Origin: Dudresnaya verticillata
Lineage: Eukaryota
Direction: 5' to 3'
Assembly (NCBI GenBank): GCA_977862235.1
Contig: OZ374559.1
Span: 1,984,001-2,048,000 of the forward strand
DNA: 64,000 bases
Below, piece by piece: positions 9,621 to 20,551 of this stretch (its first letter is position 1; every line of letters begins with the position of its first letter). The translations under genes were made by a program, and so were the position numbers. A model generated the notes under the pieces. The model saw only the letters and a program-made list of their open reading frames with translations. It had not been told where the DNA came from and did no database searches.

Positions 9621-11505
9621 ACAATCCACAGTCACAACCTGGTTGCCCATGCAAATTGTTAGCTGTGGGCTTTGTCGACAGGTACTTAACTCCACAATTG
9701 TAACAAAAGGCAGTCCGACAACGGCACATCAGAAAGTTGCATCCATCTGGCGGTCTCTCAACTGCTTCGCCGCAGCCTGGACAGATTTTCCATTTCTTCT
9801 CCGTCAGCAACTTCCGCAGGTCGCCAAACTCCAAGTTGTCCTTGTATTGTGTACAGGTGCGTCCCTCGTGCCATGTGACTTTGCACTTGATACAAGTGCT
9901 TGTACCACATAATGGGCAGTCTGCTCTGCAAGCATCATCATCATCATCATCGTCTAAAACGAACTCATAGTCAAATGGCTGGGAGCATTTCGGATTGGCA
10001 CAGAAATGCATCTGCTGGTGATGCATCCGCTCTATGATCATCTTGTTCAACTTTTGTTCCGGGTCTCCAGTCCCTGCCATGAGGGTGAGGCACTCCTGCA
10101 AACTGTATTCGCAAGGGCACAGCGGACATTTGACTGGAAGCTTTCCCTCCTCGACTGCCGTCTTTATATGCAATCGAATGCAGATGGTGCAGAATACATG
10201 TTCACACGACTTGGGCTTGTACGCGGATGTACCAGCAACAATCTCTGCACAAAGCAGACAATCATGCGTTTCGTCTGGAACACCGATCAAGTTGTCTTGG
10301 ATTCCAAGACTGTTGGCGGCAAGAGATAGTGCAGCGACAGCATCACTAGCCTCGTCCTGGTCCTTTTGAGAGATCTGTTGTGCCTTGTCAAAATCGCGTT
10401 GTTTAGCAGCATCTTCTTCCTGCAGACGTTGTACATACTCATGATCTGCAATGGACTTCTCATGCCTCTCCCGTTCCTCGGCGTCGAGTCGGAGTGCCAA
10501 TTCGAAATCATCCGACGTGCTGAGGGCCGAGACGGGCGCCTTCTGGTCGTGTGAGGATGACCCTGCAACAGGCTTCACTTGCCTAGAGGTGGAAGACCCT
10601 CTCGCGGGCTCATTTCCTTTCCGAAACTCAAGCAGACGGCCGGAAATGCTGGAGAGGCTCTCCCGCGCAGGCATTTCGGCAAACGGACGACGCACTGGTG
10701 TGGCTGTGACTACAGGGGCCTCGGCTGGTAACTGGTGATGAGCGGCGGGCAGGTGTGGAGACAGGACGTCGGTTGGACTCAGCAGGTATGCTGGTATGAA
10801 ACGGGGATCTGGATGATGGGTAGGAGCATTCGCAACGGGGTGTTCTTGGCGCAAGGCAGGAGGGTGAGGAAAAATGCTGTACATTTGCTCGTGCGGGGAC
10901 CAAGGTGGGTCATTATGCGAACTCGGTGGAGCGTGTTGGTAGTACCCGGCGCTCGTCGCGGCAAAAAAGTGTTGCGTCGATGGGGGGCGGTGAGGGTCTG
11001 CGGAAGTAGGGCCCTCGTATGGTTGACACTGAGATGCGGGGGTGCGTTGCTCCAACGGGTGGCTCCCGCGCATATTTGAGTAGCCTAGCGCGCCAGGGTG
11101 TGCGGAGGAGACTCTGGGCTGATGGTAAGGCTGCATAGCTTCAGGATAGTGGCAAGCTGGACCTGCGGCGGGGTTTACCGATGGTTGAGCAGCAGCATTT
11201 GTGCTCATTGCGAGCTGCGAGCTTGGTGCAGCGACATGCGGCCCGCGAGCGGCGTTGGGCGGGAAGGGCATGGTGGCGCGCACGCATGCCGCAGACGGCG
11301 ACGACGGGCTTCCAAGCGGCGGGCTTCCAAGCGGCGGGACGAGTCCCGCCGAGAAGCGCAGGGCGAACTCGCGGTCGGCGGCCGCGCGCGCTTCCTCCGC
11401 GGCGAGGCGGCGCGCGAGCTCGTTGTCGGCGGCCAGCTGCAGCTGGAGCTGCATGCGCCTGCGCGCGTCGTCGGGCGGCGCGTTGGCGCGGGAGCTGTCG
11501 GCCAT
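9610..11505 (-). CDS. RBR E3 ubiquitin ligase with N-terminal and central MIU-like motifs (RBR-3)
   Basis: ATG 11505 (MADSSRAN). MIU-like motifs DNELARRLAAEE, DDFELALRLDAEE and DHEYVQRLQEED. Full RING1-IBR-RING2, very similar to RBR-1. Confidence 0.93.
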   Translation of the reverse strand: MADSSRANAPPDDARRRMQLQLQLAADNELARRLAAEEARAAADREFALRFSAGLVPPLGSPPLGSPSSPSAACVRATMPFPPNAARGPHVAAPSSQLAMSTNAAAQPSVNPAAGPACHYPEAMQPYHQPRVSSAHPGALGYSNMRGSHPLEQRTPASQCQPYEGPTSADPHRPPSTQHFFAATSAGYYQHAPPSSHNDPPWSPHEQMYSIFPHPPALRQEHPVANAPTHHPDPRFIPAYLLSPTDVLSPHLPAAHHQLPAEAPVVTATPVRRPFAEMPARESLSSISGRLLEFRKGNEPARGSSTSRQVKPVAGSSSHDQKAPVSALSTSDDFELALRLDAEERERHEKSIADHEYVQRLQEEDAAKQRDFDKAQQISQKDQDEASDAVAALSLAANSLGIQDNLIGVPDETHDCLLCAEIVAGTSAYKPKSCEHVFCTICIRLHIKTAVEEGKLPVKCPLCPCEYSLQECLTLMAGTGDPEQKLNKMIIERMHHQQMHFCANPKCSQPFDYEFVLDDDDDDDACRADCPLCGTSTCIKCKVTWHEGRTCTQYKDNLEFGDLRKLLTEKKWKICPGCGEAVERPPDGCNFLMCRCRTAFCYNCGVKYLSTKPTANNLHGQPGCDCGLFTF

Positions 11506-12159
11506 GGCGCGGGCGGGGTGCGCGGGCGGGGTGCGCGGGCGGGCGGGGGGTGTGGCAATGCGCACCGCGCACCGCGCGCGCCATGGAGCAGACGTCCGAC
11601 TGCGCAGCGCTGAGCCGCGCGCCAGCCGCGTGACTGGGACGCGACGCGTGACGGCGCGGAGGGCGTGCGCTTCGGCGGATGCCGCGCGCGCCGTGTCCGC
11701 GTGGGCAGTGCCATTGGCGCGAATGTCGCCAGACCGCGCGGCTCATCTCCGCGTCCGCGACCCGAGACGCGCGATTGTTGGAATTGGCAGCCGCGTCACC
11801 ACACAACGAGAGAACGCTGACGTGCGTTATCAACCGCTTCCTCACGAGACCCCCGCGGAGGCAAGCCGGCTGCCTGTCGAGGTCAACTCGCCGCCCACTG
11901 CCGTGTTGGCGAGGCCGGTGGTGTCTGCCCTGTGACAGGGGCAAAGTTCCTCTGTAATATCCCCAACGGACCTTCGCATTTGGAGGCTCTTGCTCGGACT
12001 CGCGGCTTGTTGTACACTGCCGCGTTGGGGTGCGCGATGGAGCCTTTGTTTTCGCGCTTCGGACACACATATCCCCAAGGACAGACCCACGCTAGCCACC
12101 AACCCACGCCACAGGAAGCAAGCTCCAGCACCCACACCCCAACCATCCCAAGTCGCAAC

Positions 12160-14739
12160 ATGGCCGGCCCCTCAAATCGTCAACCACCGCCACGGTACTA
12201 TCCCGTATCCCAAGTCGCCGAAGATGCTGCGCTAGCAGCCAGCTTGATGGCGGAGGACCGCCACGCCCAGGCGCAGCTCTCCTCCGACCTTGAACTTGCG
12301 CGCCGCCTGCATCACTCTTCAGGCTCAGCGGAGCAGGATGCCTTCGAGCGCGACCGCCTTCTAGCCCAGAACCTCTCCGCAAACGACGGTCAGCTGGCCG
12401 AAGATGCCCGTCTGGCGCGCAAGCTGGCCGAGCAGGAACGCCTCGCATCAGAAGACCGCGTTGTCGCACAGCAGATCGCCAATTATCAAGATAATCATCA
12501 AGATATTGGCCAAAGCAAACGCCTGTGCGAGCGCGAGGTCCAGCTCATGCGCGACCGCGAACTTGCCAGGGCTGCGCAGCTCTCGCCGGGGGCACGCTTG
12601 CCGCAGTACGCCGTGGAGAGACACGCGACGCTTGCCGGGCACGGCGAGGGCGAGCCGCGCCCTAAGCGTCTGTTGGAGTATCTCCCGTTTTTCCGCGCCG
12701 ATGCCCCGCGCGAAGAACGATTGCGGGTGCAGCCTGATGCCGTACATTTGGAAGCCTGGCAGAGGAAGGGGGGAGATCAGCGCGAAGTGTACGACGTGCA
12801 CAGAGAGAGGGAGCCTCGAGGTTTGCCATGGGAGCATCTAACACAGCAAGAGAGGGAGCATTTTGTGGGGAGGAGCGGACTCACCGATGGGCTGAGTGGT
12901 CATCGAGAAGCACTGTACTCGGAAAGGGTCCCTCCGGGGCAGCGAAATATGAACCGAGGAGACTCACGTTTCGATCAACGACAAGTCGGATGGCCGTCAA
13001 GTCAGCCGTTGGAGACTCCAGGTGTGCTCGGATCCTCACCAACAACCCGGGAGTCGGACCCACCGCTTCATCCGCACCGAGAGTACACTGTACCGAAGAC
13101 TGTGGAAGTAACCGCAGATCTGCCTGTCGAGGAAACCGCATCTCGTTACCAGCGGCAACAGCCTTCTCTGGGATACAGCAATGGAATGCAGAGTTCTTTA
13201 GGGGATGAACCTAACCCCTCCGTCACAGATCATCGGGACGCCTTGCCCAGTACTTCGTCATCTGATGCCCACTCTCAAGGCTCTTATTACAGTCGCGTCC
13301 CACTCCGCGCCGAATCGGGAAAACATCCTGGCGTGGCAAGCATATACCCAACGTATCCAAATGGCGTAGGCAAGGGATCTACGACGGTGGTAGATATGGA
13401 TCCTTTGGGATCCAGTCACAGCCCATTACAAGGGAGTGTACCTTCTGATTTCCACCATCATGATGCACAAGAACATGTGAGGGCCCACGTTGATGTTTTC
13501 CCGTCAGATCAAGTCTATTCTGAAGATTATGATCGAAGCATCTTCTCCAACCCCGAGTTCCTGGACCACGATATTTTGGAGGCGGAACGTCTTAGCCTAA
13601 ACATGCAGCGTATCGAATTCGAACGAACCACCAATCGATCCCGACCAGCAAACCCAACCCATGACGGAAAGCAAGGAAAGAACGAAAAAGGGAGAAGTAG
13701 CGGCACCCGCGAGCCATCTTTTGACGAGCGTTTCAGAGTTGGACGAGATGCAGGAGCCGTGGATGAAGGAATTCATGAAAGCGAGATGTATTCAAGAAGT
13801 TCTCATCGTGAAGCCAAATCTAAATGGACTCAGGACCATAGAGGTATCCCGTTCGGGATCGCAAGCGGGAGCAGCCTTCGCCCAAAACACGTAGATACAG
13901 CGAAAGGCTGGCAGAGTCTTAGCCCACCTTCTGCGCCCGAACACGATGTGATTTTACAAAAACCAAGTCAGGCCTTGGATTCCAAGAGGCCAGGAGGAAA
14001 AGTGACGGCTACTCGCTCGAGCGTTTTCTCCAAGTGCAGCAACTGCGGCCAGTTTTTTGATTGCCCAACCTGTCGTTGCAAGTTTACAAGATGTGGTTGC
14101 GGCAGTAGTTTCTGCTTCGATTGTGGGGCTGGTTTCACGTCTGAACAACCACAGACCACAAATAGGCATGGGACACCGGGCTGTAGATGCACTTTTTCTC
14201 ATGGCGACGAAGAAGTGCCGGCAAGATTGTTACCAGCTCCCTTGCATGCTCCATTGCCGGCTACAATTGGGTCAGTTCAAGATCCGATGCCCGAAGCCAT
14301 CTCAATTAGGTCAAAAGAGCCGCAAGCGGAACCACGTGCCATCTGTGTTGGCGCTGACGAATCCAGGGACGAAAAAGACCGGAAAGAGGATAATTGGAGG
14401 CTGGAGGACCACAGCTTCATGACCGAGGGGCGGCACGGACATATCAACATCCCCAGGGCTATGAAATGCACCGGGCCAAATGCACTTCCTCCAACAATGG
14501 CACATGAATTGGGCGAGTGTGTTTGTCCCTATTGCAAGCAAAGGTTTGTGGACATTAGATCACTTGAAAGGCATCTCGTCGAGGCGACGAGTCACCCTGT
14601 GTGGCTCTGTTGTAATCGGCCGTTTTACAGCCTCGCCGCAAGAGAGAAGCATGCGCGGGATCATCACAGATCTGCACGGCAGAAAGCCCCAACGGCGTTA
14701 TTTCCCGCACGCGAATCTCCTCGAGTAGCAAGGAAATAA
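12160..14739 (+). CDS. Multi-MIU protein with a solo RING2 (Rcat-like) domain and a C-terminal C2H2-type zinc finger pair (half B)
   Basis: The MAGPSNRQ start is shared with the paralog at 41184. Repeats include DAALAASL, DLELARRL, DRLLAQNL, DARLARKL and DRELARAA. RING2-like KCSNCG..CKFTRCGC..FCFDC..HGTPGCRC; no RING1 or IBR. Ends CPYC..LERHL..H..CCNRPF..HARDHH. Confidence 0.85.
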   Translation: MAGPSNRQPPPRYYPVSQVAEDAALAASLMAEDRHAQAQLSSDLELARRLHHSSGSAEQDAFERDRLLAQNLSANDGQLAEDARLARKLAEQERLASEDRVVAQQIANYQDNHQDIGQSKRLCEREVQLMRDRELARAAQLSPGARLPQYAVERHATLAGHGEGEPRPKRLLEYLPFFRADAPREERLRVQPDAVHLEAWQRKGGDQREVYDVHREREPRGLPWEHLTQQEREHFVGRSGLTDGLSGHREALYSERVPPGQRNMNRGDSRFDQRQVGWPSSQPLETPGVLGSSPTTRESDPPLHPHREYTVPKTVEVTADLPVEETASRYQRQQPSLGYSNGMQSSLGDEPNPSVTDHRDALPSTSSSDAHSQGSYYSRVPLRAESGKHPGVASIYPTYPNGVGKGSTTVVDMDPLGSSHSPLQGSVPSDFHHHDAQEHVRAHVDVFPSDQVYSEDYDRSIFSNPEFLDHDILEAERLSLNMQRIEFERTTNRSRPANPTHDGKQGKNEKGRSSGTREPSFDERFRVGRDAGAVDEGIHESEMYSRSSHREAKSKWTQDHRGIPFGIASGSSLRPKHVDTAKGWQSLSPPSAPEHDVILQKPSQALDSKRPGGKVTATRSSVFSKCSNCGQFFDCPTCRCKFTRCGCGSSFCFDCGAGFTSEQPQTTNRHGTPGCRCTFSHGDEEVPARLLPAPLHAPLPATIGSVQDPMPEAISIRSKEPQAEPRAICVGADESRDEKDRKEDNWRLEDHSFMTEGRHGHINIPRAMKCTGPNALPPTMAHELGECVCPYCKQRFVDIRSLERHLVEATSHPVWLCCNRPFYSLAAREKHARDHHRSARQKAPTALFPARESPRVARK

Positions 14740-16561
14740 TCGTCTGTCTCTGGGCACGAGGCTCCGAGCATATCGCACGAGTGAAATTGTATTTTATGTT
14801 AACTTGACCGGGAGTTCCCAGAGTAAAGAGCACACTTCACAGTTCAGATCCGGGGCTATAGCGTAAACTACACTAAGCTACCCCAAACCAATATAAACCC
14901 CACAGGCGGGTAGGATGGAAAACAAGACAGCGGAGCAGCGGAAGCAGCGGGAGCCTGCAGAGAGAGTTCTTGCGAGGGGACGAGCCCCTGTGGCGGGACG
15001 CCTAGGGAAATGCGAGAGGGCGCCGGAGTACCGTTAATGTTACCGAGCCGCAAGCGAGCTCATGGATTTGCTGGAACGTTCTAACGCCGCGGACGTCATA
15101 CGCAACATTCCGCCCACGGAAAATAGCGTGACCTCTTAGCTTCAGTCTCATCATAAATAGTTTTCTTCGCTCCTCAAAATGCCATTCTATATTGTTGTTT
15201 TTAAAGTGGCTGCGTTTCCCCATCAGGGGGGTCTTTGCAGGGGGGATGTTCGGAAGTATTCCACGGACCGAGGGTTCGGATTGCCTGGAGTCCAGAGCAG
15301 ACATCGCGGAGCGCTTGCGGAGAGGGTTGGCACATCGCTAGGGCTTGGAGATTTTTTGCATGTTGGCGTAGGGCGGCGCACCTGGCGGGGCAAGGAGTGT
15401 GCTTAATAGCCGCGTGGCGGAAGTTGATTCATAGAAGGGCTGAGTCTTTAAAGAGTGAATCTGTCCACGAAGGGATCCAGATCTTTTCGAAACTGTTGCG
15501 CTATTTCGATCCTACGTAGTATAGTGGGAGTAATTTAATCCCTCGTCCTGCATTGTCTTTTTATGAGGATTGAGGTTCTGCCCTTCATACAGGAACGTAT
15601 CCGAACTCAGTGTCATACCTTCCAACCCTACCATAAAGGTCCCCATCTCTCTCATACAGGACCTTTTATACGCAAGAATAAATTATGCCGTTCTCTTTAC
15701 GGATTTGATTTGGACAAACTCAAAGAAGGTTCTGTGAATGTTATACAGTATTCTGTGGTCTAGGGATGACCGTTATTTCATGCCTCGTGATGATGACTGC
15801 TAAATCATAAACAAGCACAGTGGTTAAGGTTGGACAATTTGAGAGGGCTATATTGTGCTCAGGCAAGTTGACCCCGCACGGTAGGTGGCTGTTGCAAGAG
15901 CTTTCCCTGATAGATTGGGCGTAGATTGGGCGTTTATTATGGGCCATGCCCGTATAGCCCTTTTCAAGAGAAAGATGTGGGGGCGATTGACGACGGCGGA
16001 GGCGAGAAACAACGCTACTGTATACCTCGATTATTTACATGCGGCAGTATTCTTAGGAACATTGATACTTCAAGTATCATGTTGTACTTTAGTATCGGAG
16101 ATGGACAGCAAAAATAACCCACGAGTTAATCCGACGAAAATAGGAGCTTGGAGCCCACAATTCCTATCTCGCCTACTCGAGCTGACATCTCGGGCTCGTG
16201 CTAAGAAACAGAACTTGATCTGCTATCTCACCCGGTATCATAACGAACAGACAGCCGGTGGGCACAAATCCAAGATCTTCTTGTCTGATTCATTTCCCCT
16301 GCTCTGCTTATTGAGCCCTTGTTTCTGCATTCTGGCCTCAATCTTTCCGTGCTTTGTTTCTACCTCTTCCCCGCCCTGCCGCGCGTTAGTGCACCGCTTT
16401 TCGCTGCCGTCGCCGGCGTATTCTTCCCGCGCGCTTCGGGGGGAGAACTTGCTGTTCGAGTTCGTGCTACTCCTTTGTGTTCCGTCTTCACGCTTGGCGC
16501 TGCTTCCACTCCGGTTCGACTCCATCTCGCAGTGCTGTGTTACCCTCTATCTTTTCCCAAT

Positions 16562-17662
16562 ATGTCGCCGTCCAATCAGGCCAAACGCTCTACCCAGGAC
16601 GTACACCAAGACGCGTTTGTTGCTTTGACCCACGCTACCGTCGATTTCATGGCTACCTCTGCTGCACTATTGGACAAGGTCGTTGACCTTCAAACTCCTA
16701 CCGCTGTGGACACCTTCCTCTCCACTCTGGCCGACCTGCCTCGTGTGAAGGCGCTCTTACCCACGTTCGAGCGCAACCCCCACTTTCAGTCCCTGCTTCG
16801 CATCTTTTCACACTTCTCTGCTGACTCTGCTGTTTCTGCGAAACCTTCATCCTCTCCTTCGACCCCGCCGAGACCTTCGTATTTAGCGGCTACGACAACT
16901 GGTCCCGCCCCTAAACCGGTTCATCAGCTTCCAGTATTGGGTCGCAAGGGCCTCGTGCAGCATTCCAATGCTGGTACAACACCGCTGTCTCGAAAATTCG
17001 CAGGTTCTGTTTGCCGTACGAACCGCGTCTTGTTCGGTGGGGATCAAAAGCGCTTTATTGCGGTCCGTACTGCCACTGGCGCTCCCCCGCTTGCTTCGCC
17101 TGCTGAATTCCGCAAAGCGCTCAAGCAAGGTGGTTTCCCTGGCTCATGTGCTATCGTCCGCTCTGAAGACCCCACCGTGTTCTATGTCTGTGCTTCGCTA
17201 CGTGATCTCACCTACACGGAAGCTGCGTACAATTCGTTTACTGCTCTGGCAAAAGAATCGGACAACTTCGATGCCCCCCATCTGACCTTTTCCCCACCAA
17301 TCGCTCTCAAGAATGTATTGACGTCGAGTGAAGATATCAATACAATTGCGCGACCGCTACGAAATGAGATCAATCGTCTCGACGCTACAAGCTGTACCTG
17401 GGCTCCTCGAAAATACTTTTCTCTGGCACTGCGCTCAGAGTATGAAGCACTAGAAGAACGAATGACTTCACTCGGGCGCACGCTACCGAGTCTTACCGAA
17501 CCACCGGCGGGCGCTGCTTCTTCCCGACCTTCGCGTGTGTATCCCCGTTATTCTCGACCCGATTCTGATGGATGGACCACTGTTCTTGATTCCCATCCGT
17601 CCGCTCCTCCGTCGGCTTTGTGCCCAGATGCAACCGACACTGCGATGCTTGCGGCTGAGTAA
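16562..17662 (+). CDS. ORF1 of the RLE retrotransposon, function unknown
   Basis: Open frame from ATG 16562 inside the element. Its TAA overlaps the ORF2 ATG (TAATG at 17660-17664). Confidence 0.65.
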   Translation: MSPSNQAKRSTQDVHQDAFVALTHATVDFMATSAALLDKVVDLQTPTAVDTFLSTLADLPRVKALLPTFERNPHFQSLLRIFSHFSADSAVSAKPSSSPSTPPRPSYLAATTTGPAPKPVHQLPVLGRKGLVQHSNAGTTPLSRKFAGSVCRTNRVLFGGDQKRFIAVRTATGAPPLASPAEFRKALKQGGFPGSCAIVRSEDPTVFYVCASLRDLTYTEAAYNSFTALAKESDNFDAPHLTFSPPIALKNVLTSSEDINTIARPLRNEINRLDATSCTWAPRKYFSLALRSEYEALEERMTSLGRTLPSLTEPPAGAASSRPSRVYPRYSRPDSDGWTTVLDSHPSAPPSALCPDATDTAMLAAE

Positions 17663-20551
17663 TGGAAGAAACAACAACCCTCTTTCAAAAATGCCCTCGT
17701 CCGGACATCGTCTTTGCACTTCGTATCCCCACCGTCAAATATATTCCAAATTGTCTTCGTGCGGACTGGCACGCTTGATGCTTCCATCTTTTTAACCGAT
17801 TCGCAGTCGCTTCTACATGTACTGAAAAAGAAGAACGCTTCGCTCGTGTTTGTGCTGTGGCAAAGCTTGTGCTACGGTTTAATGGACGCAGAGAACCCAG
17901 AAATGGCAATAAGGCTGCACTGCTTCGCCGTTTGCGTGACCGCATTCAAATGGCAATTCGCGGGCAATGGAATGACCTTTGGGAGCAAGCCTTCAGTGCC
18001 TTTCCCTCGCTTCCTAATACTTCTTGCCAACCTACAGTTGATCCTTTCCGCCAATGCCGTCGGTTTATGGCCGAGGGGGCCATCAGTAAGGCTGCGCGCG
18101 CTTTGTGCTCTACTACTTCTACTGTTATTGCTAATCCCAATACCAAGACGGTCATGGAATCGCTTCACCCGCGTCCGGAAATTCCAGTTAAACCCCGCTT
18201 GCCACAATCACTCCCAGCTGCATATACCTTCAACGAGGCGGATGTAAGACGGGCTCTTAGAAGTCTTCCAGTACACAGCTCACCTGGCCCGGATGGTCTC
18301 CGTCCGCTTCATCTTAAGGCGTTAACGCATGCCCCGGGTGGTTCGGAGCCATCCCACTCTGCAATCGTGGCTCTGACCGCCTTTTTCAACAAATGTGCTA
18401 CGGGCTCTTTACCTCCTCGCTACAGTGCTTGGTTTGGGGGTGCCTTGATTCTGGGTCTTCCGAAGCACCCATCGTGTGTTTCTAAGCTTCGTCCTATTGC
18501 CATTGGTGGCATCCTTCGTCGTTTCGTTGCCCGCCTGTTGATGAAGAAGATTGCCCAGGACAATGATATACGTGAATACCTTCTTCCTCATCAGTTTGCA
18601 GTGGGAATCCCTCATGGAGCCGAATCTATTATTCACGCCATACGTTCTTTTGCGGAGTTTAATACTGAGCAAGACTATGTCCTTCTTAAGCTTGATGCCA
18701 CCAACGCTTTTAACTGTGTTGAGCGTTCTATTATTCTCAGTGAAGTTATCGAAAGAGCTCCTGGCATTGCAAAGTTTGTGCATTTCCTTTACGTGCATTT
18801 CCTCTACGTTCGCCTCCATCAAACTTCTTGCTGCATATGCTGATGACATTCATGTTGCTGTTCCGCGTTCTATTGCTTTCGATGTTATCCAGTTTCTAAA
18901 GACCCAAGGCCCCAAAATTGGTTTCAATCTGCACATAGCAGTGGGGAAAACAGAAGCTTGGTGGCCTTCTTTATCGTCCCGTCGTGTTTCTCGTTCCACC
19001 TCCCTAGGTTGTCCTATCAACAATCATTCTTTTATCACAGTTCTGAGCGCCCCTATTGGCAGTACTGAGGGCTGTTTACAACATCTAAGAACTAAGCATG
19101 AGCCCATCCAATATTTCTGGGCCCAACTGAAGCAGCTTAATGATCCTCAACTCGTTTTTCATTTATTACGGTACTGTGCTGGAACTTCCAAGCTTTCATA
19201 CCTACTGCGATGCACTCCCCCGCAACTAACCCAATCGATTTCATTAACACATGACTGTGGCATGCGTGGAGTGTTTGAGCACACACACTTTCCACTGTCG
19301 GATGAATCCTGGGATATGGTTTCGCTTCCCATGCGACACGGTGGACTAGGTCTTACAAATGCCCGTCACATTGCACACTGCAGCTATATCACCTCCGTTC
19401 TGTCCTCTCTCGCCTGGATTCGATGCCTGGTACCTTTTGATTCTCCTACTTTGCACCACTTCCTCGCCCCGTCTCTTCACAACATTCGCGAACAGCAACT
19501 ACTCCGTGAAGATCGTGAAAAATGCAGTGTTTCTTCTATCTTGTCGGCCGCATCTTCCATAGGTCATGGTGTCGTTCCCGCATTGTCCCAAGATCTTCTT
19601 CCCTATATTCAACGAAAATTGCGAAACGACCTCATGTCCCACATGACTACTCAGCATAGCTCTCGTGCCCGAGTACGGATTCAATCTACCTCTACTGTCA
19701 ACTCTAGCCGCCCTTTCAGTGCGCTCCCATATGCATCTTCTTCTACCCGCGTGCAACCCGACATATGGCTCACCATGCTCAAACTCAGACTGGGTGTGGC
19801 GATCTTCCGTGGTGATCGCCCTTGTCCTGCTTGTCTCCATGGCACATCCGCTGAAGTTCCACTCCTTGATATCTTTGGACACCATGCCACAATCTGTCGG
19901 TCGGGAACTGGCAGCATTCGCCGCAATGATACCCTCCGAAATCAACTTGGGGCTTTCTTTCGTAATACTGCTCGGAACCATGGCGTTACTGTTCAGCTTG
20001 AACGCAACTTTTCCTACCTAGAGGAGACTGGGGATTCCCGAGTTACGGCGTCTTCTGCACGCACTGCTTCAGAAAGGCGTCGCGATGCCCGTCAATTACA
20101 ACGTACTGAAGACCGTTTCGAAGAAGACCGACGTGACCATCTTTGTATGGATCTCTATATTGATGACCCTGCGTTTGCTCCCCTCCCGCAAGCATTTGAC
20201 GTCTCCGTGGTGACCCCACACCATCCAACTACACAGTCCAAAACGCCTCGCTCTCAACATCAAGCTATTCACCGCCGCGAGCAAGCTAAAGCCCGTCATT
20301 ATCGTCGCTTATGTTCTACCAACCGGATAGAACTCCATCCTATGGTGATGGACATCTATGGTGCCATTGGTTCTGGGTTCGATCGAGGCGCTCAGCGCGT
20401 GGCGAATTTCTTAGCTGCTATGAAGGGCACTTCGCCGATATCTGAGAAACTATCTCTTCTCACCCACCTCACCTCTCTTGTACTTCAATCTGTCGCGGTG
20501 GCTGTTAACCGCCGTTTACTCTTCGACCGTCGCCTTTCAGATGAGTTTTAG
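17662..20551 (+). pseudogene. ORF2 (RT + CCHC + RLE) of the RLE element, disrupted
   Basis: In-frame TGA at 17776. Frameshift and deletion near 18780-18830 (VHFLY is duplicated and the QGDP motif expected before YADD is missing). Confidence 0.85.

Noticed and set aside
11098..12070. Multiple overlapping Arg/Ala-rich ORFs (also at 7670-8500)
   Set aside because: Shadow ORFs caused by very high GC, overlapping real genes or their promoters.
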